Assembly (NCBI GenBank): GCA_000388065.2
Contig: KB932206.1
DNA: 64,000 bases
Origin: Fonticula alba ATCC 38817
Lineage: Eukaryota > Protista > Nucleariida
Direction: 5' to 3' (one strand)
A program made the position numbers and the translations under genes. Positions 1 through 11,577 of the stretch are shown here, in pieces. The number at the start of each line of letters is the position of its first letter. Within the stretch, counting starts at the first letter, position 1. A model generated the notes under the pieces. That model made no database searches. It was not told the origin of the DNA and saw nothing but the letters and a program-made list of their open reading frames with translations.

Positions 1-398
1 TCCGATTCGTCGTCCGATTCGTCGTCCGATTCGGCTTCGAGTGAAACCTCCGGCAAGTCTTCCTCCTCCTCCTCCTCCTCAAGCTCCGCGGATGACTCTC
101 AATCGGATAGCAGCTCATCGGGCGTCAATGCATCCCACGCCCTCCCCTCTTCAGAGGGCGGTGCCAGTCGGGTGATCTCACTCCAGGCGCCGCCCAGCGT
201 GGAGGATTGTCTTTCGGAGCCCGAGTCACCGGCAGAGGAGGAAGCTCCGTCAACTCTGCCGGCTACTCTCTCCTCGAGCGTACCCGCGCGTGCTGGGCTG
301 CCCAGCCTGGCGGAGGTTGAGCCCTACTGGTCGCATGTCAGCTATTTGGCCGAGGCCCATGCTCCTGCATGGACGCGCTTTGTCGTGTGCGTTCTTTC

Positions 399-443
<45 letters not shown>

Positions 444-618
444 CCCTGCCTGTCCCTCTCGCCGATATGCGGTTCTGACCTGCTGGTGGGCCTTTCATTT
501 CCATGTGGCATCCAAACAAATCAGACGCCCCGGCATCGTGTGGCCGGCTACGCCCGAGATGTTGGCCGCCATTACGTGTGTACTTCGTGACCCCTTGCCC
601 GCTCCCTTCCTTGTTTTT

Positions 619-649
<31 letters not shown>

Positions 650-1621
650 TCACGCCCTCTCCCCTTTGGCCCTCGGCCTGTGGCCGGCCACCCTGCCGCC
701 CGCTGACCTTGCCCGAAATGGCCCAGTGGCGGGGCCCTTCCCCATGCCGGCGGCACGGCGGCCGACCATGCGAACATCGATTCGGCCGGCGACCAGTCGG
801 AGCTCGGCCACCGAGTGGGCGGCCGGCAGGGGTCGTCCCGTTCTGGGTCTCGAATTTTCCGCCACTCGAAGACCCCCGAGCAGGCGTCTCTCGATGCCAT
901 TCGCGGGCACCTTGGCCTGCGGGATAAGCTGATCGAGCGTGGGCTGGCCATCCTCGCGGGGGCCCCCGGGGAGCCGGAGTTGGCCCTGACCGATCCCCTA
1001 CGAGAGGACCTCCTCCGGCGCCGGGCGACTGCCGAGGGGCAGCCCTCCTCCGCGTCGGAGCCAGGCCCGGAGCCGAGTCGCAAGCGCCGGCGCTCGGCTG
1101 ATGATCCCTCGGTGACCGCGCGCTTCGAGGAGGTCCCCGGCTGGCGGGCACGTCAGCGAATGGATGCGGCCGTGCTGGCGGCCGATGCGGCGGCCGACGC
1201 CTTCGGCAAGATCATGCGTACTTGGTTGCAGGCACGCCGGTTCCGCGTCCGACGGCCGAACTTCGCCGTGCGGCCGGTCCTTTCCGGGGACATCCCGATT
1301 GAGGATGTGCCACGAGTGCGGGCCGAGTTGCGTGCGCGGCGGCGCCGGCAGGCCTCCGCCCGGGCTGCCCCCATGGACGACATCCCGGCGGAGGTGGCCG
1401 ACGAAATGCGGTCCCCGGCGGCCGGAGGCACCGGGCCACAGTTGCACTACGCCCCGTCGGTGGATGACAGCGATGCCTTGACCGGGGACTGGCGGGCCAT
1501 CATCGCTTGTGCGTCGGCCATCGCCTCGGCCGCCGGGCCCGGGGGGATAGTTTCCCACGCGGCGGTTGAGGACGCCCGGCGGCTGTTGTTCCGGCTCTAT
1601 GGTGGCAGGGACATTGAGTGA
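1..1621 (+). CDS. 5'-truncated multi-exon hypothetical protein with a Ser-rich N-terminal region; weak resemblance to fungal Rrn9-like RNA polymerase I factors
   Basis: The reading frame runs from the window edge to a GTGCGT donor at about 385, through a short exon (RPGIVWPATPEMLAAIT, about 523-573), then a CTGAC branch and CAG acceptor at about 726, into the 815..1621 ORF ending TGA. The C-terminal DWRAIIACASAIA...AVEDARRLLFRLYG recalls the Rrn9 DWxxVLxxAxxxG...RAxxRCxxLFGE motif (from memory, unverified). Confidence 0.65.
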
Positions 1622-1972
1622 GCACATGGCATCCTTCCTTGCATGTCGGCCGCGCACATGTTTCCCCCCCCCCCCCCCCCCTCTCTCGCCCCCGATCTGT
1701 TCCTGTGTCCCTTCCCCTCTCCCATTACTGTGCCATCGACAGACCAATGCACGGACCTTGTCGCGCAAGCGCGAGCCCCCTCCCCCTTCCTCTTGTCGTT
1801 GGTGGATCAGCCCCTCCTCCCGGCCCCCCCCCTCCTTGGTGAAAAGCCCGGGCACCCCCGCCCTTGTCCTCACAATATGGCAAGGTACATTTTCCATCTA
1901 ACGGTCGCATGAGCGAGGGGGAGTGGGCGAGGCTGGTGAGAACTGCGGGCTCGTGGAGCGTGCAGCAAGGAA

Positions 1973-2023
<51 letters not shown>
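1973..2023. repeat. (GGCA)n tetranucleotide microsatellite between convergent genes
   Basis: Perfect tandem aggc/ggca units read directly from the sequence. Confidence 0.95.
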
Positions 2024-2469
2024 TGGAAAGAGCGCATGAACCGGGCAGACAGACGGGCGCATTTGTACGAGGCCTGACAGGAGCAGTCAAAGAGCGGTGG
2101 ACAGGAGTGCAGACAGATCCTTGCACCGGTACGGTGCTTTGTTCTGCTCCCTTGGCCCTCTTGCCGTGTGTTGCTCCGCCCTGTCGGTGTGTTTCGCCCG
2201 GGAAATTGCCACCCGTCGCGCGGTACGCATCCCCCCTCGGTCAGCCTCGGGCTCTGGTTCCCTGAAGCCTCCTTCTCTCGCGCAGGGAGAGAATGGCCCC
2301 GCTGTTGCCGGAGCAAGCGGCCCCGCCCCCGCACGCACACCTATACTGAGTGCGCGCGCGCGCGCCGAAGACATACATCCAGGGATGAGCGTGCACATGT
2401 GTACAGGCCTTCCTCCTTTTCGTCGGTTGTTCTTTCTCCTTTTTTTTCCCCCGGCTCGGCCCCCTTTCC

Positions 2470-4710
2470 TCAATGGGCCTCCAGCTCGGCGGCCATCGAG
2501 CCCAGAGTGTCGGCCGAGAATTGGTCCTCCAGACGCGGGGGCGGCCCGTCGGCACAGTGCTGGGCCCGGGGCCGGATGACCACCTGCAGGCCGTTCTTCA
2601 TGGGGCAGGTGAGGTTGAAGGCGATCTCGAAATTCTGGTCCGGCACCATTTCGAGGTCGTAGCGCTGGACCAGAGTGGCCAGCACCATGGCCTGCTCCAG
2701 GAGCGCCATGTTCTGCCCGAGGCAAGTGCGCGGCCCGGCCTGGAAGACCGGATAGGCGAAGGGCGAGGGCTTGATAAAGTCCCCGGCCGGGTTGAGGAAG
2801 CGCTCCGGGCGGAAGGCCCGCGCGTCCGGGCCCCAAATGGCCTCGCAGCGGCCCATGCCATACGGGAAGTACACCACCAGGTAGCCCTTCGGCACGCGGG
2901 TCCCATCCGGCAGGACGTCATCCTCCACGGCTTGCTTGATGTCACGCGGCACGCTGGGATACAGACGCAGCGACTCGTGGATGACGGCCATCAGGTACTT
3001 CATCTGCTGGGAGGTGGTGTAATCGCAGGGCTTGCTCGAGCCCAGCACGCGGTCGATCTCCTCGCGCAGCTTGACAAACACCTCCGGGTTCTCGCACAGG
3101 AGCTTCACCGTCCAGGCCAGCGACTGGGCCGTGGTGTCACGCCCGGCGATGATGATGTTCAGCACCATGTCAATCAGGTAGTCATCGGTGAACATCTGCC
3201 CGGTGTCATCGGTCCGGGCGAGATACAGCGACAGGAGATCCGACCGGGAGTTGAAGCGCTCCAGGTCGCGGGCCTGCTCGTCGCGGCGTTCCTGGATGAT
3301 CTGCGAAAAGGGGGTGCCGATTGGCGGCGGCGGGGGGGGGGAGTTCCATGAGGAGGGAAGAGGGGGAAAGTGTCGGGGGTGTGAGTAAGCCAGGCGGCGG
3401 CGGCGGGGGAAGCAGCGCATGGAATGGCAGACGCGACGAAGCGTGGCAGGCCAGCATGGCGAGAGGCCAGAGGGGCCACCCTCGGACGGTGTCTCTCGCC
3501 GTGCGTAAAAAGGCCCCGGGAGAAGGGCACCCCCCGAGGGCTGGAGAGGCGCGCATGGACGTACATCGCGCGCAAAGCCACGCAGGAGCTTGACCTTGTA
3601 GCTGACGTTCTCTTCGGCGATGAACAGCTGGCGAATGTACCGGTGGAGGATCATTCGGTAGATGACCGTCTCGTTGGTGGTGTCCCAGGCAACGACGAAC
3701 GGCAGCCGGCTGTTCCGGATGGACCCGAGATTCTTGCCGAAGGCAATCTGGCAGATGGAGTCCAGGGTGAACCGGTGGAAGAACTCATGCAGATCCACCG
3801 GCTTGGCCAGCTTGGTCTCCAGAACGGAGCAAAGCTCACGCAGGTGGAAGCGGAAGACATGGGTCATGCCGTTGCGGAAGTTGGACACCTACGGGTGACG
3901 GCGAGATCCCCCGGCCAGGCGGGATTGAGGTGCACGAGGGGCCGAGGGCCGAGGAGGGGCCGGGGGGGGGGGNNNNNNNNNNNNNNNNNNNNNNNNNNNN
4001 NNNNNNNNNNNNNNNNNNNNNNNNNNNNNNNNNNNNNNNNNNNNNNNNNNNNNNNNNNNNNNNNNNGGAGGGGGGGGGGGGCCTGGCACACGCACATTGA
4101 ACATATGGCTCGTGATCTTGCGCTGGCGCTTCCATGCCTCGCCGTCAACATTGAAAATTCCCTTTCCAAGGACGTCCTCCAGGTTGCTGGTGAAGAATTC
4201 GCCCTTGATGTAGTTGGAGAACTTGGTCTTCAGCACGTGCTCCACATTGGCCGGGTCCACGGTGACAATGAAGGGCGGCACGGCCGGCGCGCGCATCAGG
4301 AAAGTCGGCCCGTAGATGCGGCGCGTCTCGTCGAGATATTCGTCCAGCCGACCGAGAATCCGGTGAGCCTCAATCTATGGCACGGTAAGGGGGGGGGAGG
4401 GGGGGCAAAGGCAGGGGCCAAGGGATGGCGGGGGTCATTGGGGCGTGTGCGTCAGTCCACGAGCCGGGATCCATGTGTGCATGCATGAATGCATGAATGT
4501 ATGGCGGTGTGTGTGTGTGTATGTGTGTGTGCGAAAGGGGATATGGGGGGGGCCTGTGTCTGTGTCGTGGACATTGGTCGGACATACCAGCTGGTAAACG
4601 AAGGGCAAACCGAAAGGCCCTGGCGCATTGGTCCCGGCATTGTAGAAGTAGTCATACACTGCCAGCGTGGCGAGGACCAATACACCGCAGATGACGATCT
4701 CGAACCACAT
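2470..4710 (-). CDS. Cytochrome P450, CYP86-clan/CYP704-like (putative fatty-acid hydroxylase)
   Basis: Four exons (4710-4588, 4374-4096, 3888-3565, 3300-2470) joined by GT-AG introns give about 518 aa. Motifs: N-terminal membrane anchor (MWFEIVICGVLVLATLAVY), LGKGIFNVDGEAWKRQRK, I-helix AGRDTT, K-helix ESLR, PERF, and heme loop FQAGPRTCLG. Confidence 0.96.
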
Positions 4711-6268
4711 GGTGCCTCGGAGGGGGGCCGCGTCGTGGTAACTGCATGTGTGTGTGTGTGCAAGGGGGAGGGGCGGGGGATGTATGTCGGGACACAGATA
4801 CGGAGGAGGGTCAAGAGGTCAGTCCAGGCGTGGCAGGGAGGGCAGGCATGGAGGGGGCATGGCACAGCGTCGGCTGGCGGGGAATGTTGCAGGTGAAGCG
4901 GACGCGGCATGTGCTCGGACACACACACACACACATGCACACACACACACACATGCACACACACGAGGAGAGGAGGCACATGCAGGAAGAGATCATCGCA
5001 CCGACAACAAGATGGGAAGGACAAATGGGGAACGCAGTGGGGCCCCAAAAGGAAGTACGGCGGGCGGAGTAGCAGAAGGGTGCGAAGGTAGAGGGGGCAG
5101 CGGAAACAAAGGGGCGGGGGGAGGGATCGACTTTGTTCTGCACCTGCCGTCTACGCGCCACTGTCCGAGCCTTTCAATCCTCCCGGTGGGCCTATGTCCC
5201 GATGGAAACACCGAGGACTTATGCTCCCCGGCGGGCTGAGGGGAGAGACACACACACACACACATTTACTCACACACGCATGTGCTGACAAGGGAGACCA
5301 GGGTACAGTGTTGCTTGCTCCGTGTAAGGCTGACATGCGACTGGCCCTGCTGCATGGGAGGGCGTCGCGGCATCCCGCCAGGCAGTTAATGAAAGAATCG
5401 TTGCCATTGGCGCGCGCCCCGGAGCATCATGCTCGGCCGGTCGACACCGTCGCCCGCGACCAAGCCGACGAGCGGAAAATTCCTTCGGGAGGACGGTGCG
5501 AAGCGGGGCGGGGCGGGGCGCGCGAGGGGGAATATAAGCCAGGCGTTTCCTCGCCACCCCTATGGGAGAGAGGGGGAGGACGGGGTGGGGGAGGAAGGAG
5601 GGGGATCGCTGACTCGAGCATCGGGGAGGGGGGAGGGCAGGCGTGTCAGCCAACGCAAGGGCCGATCCAACCGGCCACACTGGGGGAAGTCGACCCCAAG
5701 GGGGGGGGCATGACAGAGAGCCCGAAGGGTCCGGCGCTTGGGGCCCCCCAGGGCCGGAGCAACTGTCGATCGGTGTCGGTCTAACCAGGGAGAGATGTAC
5801 ATGCCAGGAAAGGGGGTGGGGGGGGGGGGGGGTTTTTTCAACGCACTTTGGGCTAGCTAGCCACCGCCCCGTAGGAAGGGAGGCTGCACGCCCCCCTTCC
5901 CGGGGGGCGGGGGGGGAGCGAACGTTCTCCCGTTTCCACTCTCATGCCCCGGGGATCTTCCTCCGGCTTTCTCTCGTCCGGAGGACGCCAGATGGCCATA
6001 ACAAGGGAGAGACCCCGAGAAAGAGCCAACGACAGCTCGATATCTAGTCAGGTGACTTATTTCATCGAGTATTTTCGTGTGAAAATCTGCCCGCTTTCCA
6101 GCCGGGAAGATCCCCATCGAGGGGTCGCGCGCGCGGGAGGCGGCCGCCGCAGTGTGCTTTTACATGCGACGCCTGGGCCTCGGCTCGCTTCCTGCGCATG
6201 CCCATGCGAAAGGAACATGCGTTTGTGCATGTGCGCGCGAGTGAGTGTGCGCGAGTGAGTGTGTGCGA

Positions 6269-6271
<3 letters not shown>

Positions 6272-6328
<57 letters not shown>
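6272..6328. repeat. (GT)n microsatellite
   Basis: Long perfect gt run. It is one of many (GT/AC)n and (GA/CT)n tracts, e.g. about 6776-6818, 18872-18910, 40053-40094 and 57219-57268. Confidence 0.9.
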
Positions 6329-6329
<1 letters not shown>

Positions 6330-6774
6330 AGGACACGCCCGTCCGCTCCGCCCTGCCAACTGACTTGCCTTCCTTTTTTCTGCATCCCATCAGTGACCAT
6401 TCTCACAGGGATACGTCTCCGATAGATCCTGAGTTCCCCCCCCCCCCCAAAGGGAAAACACCGGTCGCCGGATTCTCGCACCCGCTGGCGTTTTGCCCCG
6501 GGTGGTCGAGGGGGCCGAGCAGTCGGGCGCGCGCAGCTGAATCGACTCCGACCTCCCCACAGCTTCGGACGGCACATCCTAGCTTGCCCCCCGCGTGCAC
6601 GCCCGATCAGAACACAATGTCGCCACCAGGGGCCGGGTGTTTCTCCGCGGGATTTGCGCAAAAGATCTCCGAGGGCCGCCTGCATGTCGGGCTCCTCGCG
6701 CGAGGGCCCTACCCCCTACCCCTCTTTTCCCCCATCAGCACCGGAGCTTGATCCCTGCATGAGGTGTGTGTCGG

Positions 6775-6823
<49 letters not shown>

Positions 6824-7114
6824 AGGGCATGGTGGGGAGGGGGGCAGGGCATGCCCCGGGGCGTGGAGTCCCCCCTAGTTTCCGGTTGCGCGCTAAAGGC
6901 CTCCCCCCCTCCCCCCCCCAAGGCCCCCCAGGCCCCCCAGGCCCCCTCACGTCTCCCCCCGGCTTCACCCCTTGGCGAGGGGAACACACTGTAGCACAGG
7001 AGGATTCGCGGAATAGACAAGGACGCACGCGCACACACGGGCCACGCGCACGCATAGGAGTGGCGGCGGGCCCGCAGCGCAGGGTGTATTGCTCCGACCG
7101 GACACCGGCCCCGC

Positions 7115-7521
7115 TCACGTGGTGCAATGGCAGAGTGGTGACTGAATGAAGAGGGTGTGAGCCTGGTTGATCATGATCTCCAAGAGGGGCTCCTGACGGA
7201 CGCGCGTCCCCCGAGTGCCGAGGAAAAGAAAAGGACGGCAGGCGCGAGGGGGAGGAAAGTTAGAAAACACCCGGGCAGCAGGTCGACAGCAGATGGCCGA
7301 TGCTCGCACCAGTCGCGGGAAGAGGGAGGCATCAAGCGAGCCGATCGAGAAGAGGAAGGGCGCCATCGAGCGGGCCAGCATCGGAGCTGTGGTCCGAGTG
7401 ATGGGGGAGAATTTGGAAACACTGCATCCATCCCCGGAGGGCGAGACAGATGCGTGAGTAGACGAGCGAGGAGCATGGAAAAAAAGAAGAAGAAATGTAC
7501 AAATGACACTGGGCGCCATGA

Positions 7522-7554
<33 letters not shown>

Positions 7555-10500
7555 GGAGAAGCACCAGCCCATGCCCGGTCTTGCGCCCTGCTTTTTGTGC
7601 CCCATCCCCCCCCCCCCCCCCCCCCCCCCCTCGCCCAGCTCCAGCCCTGTCCGGCGGGGCCGACGCACCAAGAAAGATGGACAAGAAGATGTCGGACGAT
7701 GGCGAAACCAAAGCCGGACAGACGGAGAGACAGGATTTGCCGAACGCGGTTCAGGAGGAACTGCCCGCATTGCCGGCGATGCTGGGGCAGTGCCTGCTGA
7801 CCAGCCCCCCCGGCATCGAGAGATTGTTGTGAAGAGGCACCGCCCAGGCCATCGCCGGAGGAGGCGCAGGAGACGTCACCGGCACCGGTGGCCAGGAGCG
7901 CCTGCACCGATGGCAGCGCGTGCAGGGCCACCAGCTCCACCAGCAGAGCCCGGCTGAAGAGATCCCTCGAAATGGACCCGAGCCAAAGCTTCAGCACGTG
8001 CGCCACGCAGTGGGGACTGACGCCGGAGGCTTTTCCGATGGCCCGACAAGCAGGCACAAATGGCCCACCGATGCCGGGCGGGTGGGGGGGGAGGGGGCAG
8101 GGGAGATGGACGTGTCAGGAGGAAACCCATAGACCGCCACAGGCAGGGGCATCGGCAGACATGGATGGATGGCGCATGGGGCTGCAAACGCACAGTGATG
8201 CTCGATCGGCGAGAAGGTTTCGGTCGGCGGGGTGGCCGAGTCGTCAACGGCCGTGCCGAGGTCCGTGCCGAGGGCGTCCTGGCAGACGGCGGCCACCTGG
8301 CTGGCCGCGCGCAGCAGCGATGCCGGCGAGTCGGCCGGCTGATGATACAGGCCGACCAGACTGGCCTGGAGTACGGCCGGGCCAGGGCCCCCGAGGGCAG
8401 GGGCCAACATAAGTGACGAGACATCGCTCCCGAGCGAGAACACCGACGACTGGATGCTGATGTCCGAAAGGGAGGAGGCGATGCTGTTTCGACTGGATGA
8501 AGGGACCGACCCCCGGGCATCGCGATCCTGCGCCGTCTTTCGCAAGTAGTGGATCAAAATCGGCGACACATGGGGCAGCAGCGCGTCAAGGGCCAGGCCA
8601 TTGGAGCCCGGCCCCGCCGGACCGTACGCCTCGACCGCGGCACTGATCAGCCGGCGCTCGATGGCTCGCACACACACAACCAGCACCACCGGCAGCCGGC
8701 CCCCGGCCGCGGCGGCACTGGCCGCCGCATCCGGGACCAGCGGGAAGAACCCCGGCAGGGGGCCATCGCCCGGGGACCGAGGCGGGGGCCGGCGCCGGGA
8801 CCCGGCTGCCGCGGCCGCCACCAAGCTGCCCCGCCGGGAGAGATCCCCCTCGGAAAGGTCGGAATCCAGGCTGCTGGGCGCCGTCAGTAGCAAGGCCTCC
8901 GGGATCGAGCAGGTGCTCTGGTCCAGGAGCGGGCCAAACACCAGGGCATACTGGCGCGATGGCAGGGTCGTCAGCTGGCGCTCGCCTGCGGGCGAGAATC
9001 CAGCCGAGGAAGACCCCCCACCAAAGCCCGGCGGCGAGGAGGGCGGCGGGGGGATGGCCACGGCCGTGTCCACGCGCAAAGGCGACGCCGGAACCAGCGG
9101 CAGCGGTGTCGACGTGCGCTTGGGCGAGAGGAAGGACGGCCGCCGGCCGCCCGACGCCCGAGCTGGCGATGCCGGCTCCGAATGCGGCGTCGGCCCGGCC
9201 ACCGCCGGCACCTCGCCCGCAGTCAAGTCCACCAGGTCCACTGGCAGGGCCGGGGCCGAAGCCGGCGACGGGGCCGAAGGCGCCGGCATGTCGGCCTCCG
9301 GCTCGGCAGCCTTGGAACCAAGGCTGAAGCGCCGCATGAGAAGGACCGAGCGCCGGCGCCCGGTGGAGGGGGTTGACTCTTCGGCCGGGGCGGCCGGGGC
9401 CGAGTCCTCCGAGTCGGCTGCCGGCGCCTCCTCCAGATAGCCCCGATGGCCGAGGCTGCTGGGCAGGCAGCAATCGGCCGGCAGGCGGGCCGAGCAGGAC
9501 AGATGGCTGTGCAGCTGGCAGTACCGACACCGGTAGGACTTGGTCAAAATGTAGGAGGCGCAAACGGCGCAGCGGTGGACGCTCAGGAAAGACCGGGTCT
9601 CCTCCAGCACATGGGGAATGAAGAAGGCCCCGGCCAGGACCTCCAGCCGCCCGTGGCGGTCCCCGAGCCCGGGGGCCCCGCCGGGCGGGCCGCCGGAGTC
9701 CGAATCAGCCGGCCGGAGCTCCGGCGACCGGGCCAGATCGAAGTAGAGCGGCAGCCGCCGGCTCCGCGGAGGCAGCGGCAGCAGCCGCAAGCCACTGGCC
9801 AAGTGCAAGTACGACACCCAGTGCGAGTACTGCACGGCTGGCAGCTCCAGCAACCACTCCCCCTCACTCGAGGACTGGAGCATCACCAGGTGACTGGGCG
9901 GGGCGGTGCCCCGGCCGCCGGTGGTCGGCGTCACGGGCGAGGTGGGCGTCTGGCCGCCGGGAAGAAGCCCCGCGGTGGGGAGCAGCCCCGGCGAGGCGCC
10001 GGGGGTCGGCGGCACCCCGGCCATCGGGGTCACCGCATCCCCGGGCGCGGGCTGATCCATGCCCACCGACATGTCCTCCACCCGGAGCCCGGCCATGGAC
10101 AGGGAAAAGAGGGGCTCCCCGCGGCCGGGACGCGACTCGTGGAAGAAGAACAGCCTCTCGCCCTGGAGTAGCAGCCAGAGGCTGACCCACGGGTGGGACA
10201 CCGGCCGGGGCCCGGCAAAATCAGCCTCCGGGTCCACCAGCCCGGCGCGTGTGGCCGACTGGTGGGACAGCGAAAAGCGCCGGCCCCGCGAGTGGGCGGA
10301 CCCCGACTGGGACCCCTGCGGCGGGTAGAGAACCCCGGACTGGCCGACAGCCAGCTGGCGAACGCGCACGGCCCCCGTCAACCCGGGCATCAGGGGATCG
10401 CAGAAGGATGAGTGCCGCAGCCGCCCGCCAGGCCGCACCTCGGCCCCGGCCGTGTCCCACACATTCGACGGGATGGTGGCCGAATTGACCAGCTCCCGGT

Positions 10501-11541
10501 CGAGCCCGGAAAACCGAGCCAAGAGCAGGGCCATGGCCTCATCGAGCGACAGCGGCGAGTACGGCCGCCGGGCCAGCATTGCCAGCAGCGGGTGCTGCGC
10601 CTTCGGTGCCCGGGCCCCAGGGGCCTGGTCCGTGGCGGGGACAGCAGCCCGGCCATTGTCCACCTTCATGATGGATTCGGCCGGGCGCGGCCCGATCGAG
10701 GGGGGCTGCGGCGCTTGAGAGGCACCCGGCGAGGCGGAGCTGTCCGGCGACTTGGAGGAGTCCAGCGACTCGTGCGATTGCTGCCGCCGCTCGGCCGAGG
10801 TCCGAGCCCATGCGGCCGACGACCCGGGGATGACCGAGTGCCCGGCGGGACTGCCGGGCACCGAGTCGCTGGTCAGGATATTCGCCAGAAGGGGCGACCC
10901 GGAGGGGCTGTTGCCGGCCGTTCCGCTGGCCAGGGCGGCCAGCTGCCGTTGGCGATATGTCCCGAGATCCACCGAGTGCCGGCGATCGCGAACCAGCTTG
11001 GCCAGGCTGGTGGGCAGCTCATCCGGCTGGGCCACGCGCGTTGGCTGTGTCAGCCCAATGACACTGAGGGCGGTCAGCGTGCTGGGCAGGAAGAGGGTCC
11101 CGGAGTCGGGATCCGTGCCAATGTGTGACACCGAATGCCGGCGGCTGGCCCCGGGGCCCGAAGGCAGGGGGGAAGATGGAGGCGAGGCATCGGCAATGGA
11201 GAACCGCCGGCCCGATGACCCGGGCCGGAGGAACCCCGAGGACCTACTCAGGCCGGACAGGTCCTGCGGCTGCCTCGAGGCGGCCATGGTGGCAAAGGCG
11301 CCAAAGCGGTTGCGGAAGTCCACCAGCTACGGACGACCACGCGAGCAGGGGCATGTGGCGGTCAGCGGCTTGTCATTTGGCACCCACGGGCCGGGCAAAT
11401 GAGCGTGCGCACCTGTGGCGGGATGTGCCCCGGCTCGGGGAAGGCGTCCATGCAGTCCGAGAGCTCTGCAAAGGGCAGGCATGCGCAGTGTCAGAAAACC
11501 GCGGTAGGATGGTGGCCAGAGCCGCGCAGATGGAAGCCGGC

Positions 11542-11577
<36 letters not shown>

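Noticed and set aside
385-470. Apparent non-canonical CG acceptor before ATATGC in the first gene
   Set aside because: A CTGAC branch at about 475 and the CAG at about 522 give a canonical, phase-consistent intron.
4750-7100. Many 100-200 aa ORFs between the P450 and RhoGAP genes; similar ORFs at 12900-15150 and 27600-29500
   Set aside because: Stop-codon scarcity in GC-rich DNA, microsatellite-encoded peptides and read-through across N-gaps explain them. No supportable exons.
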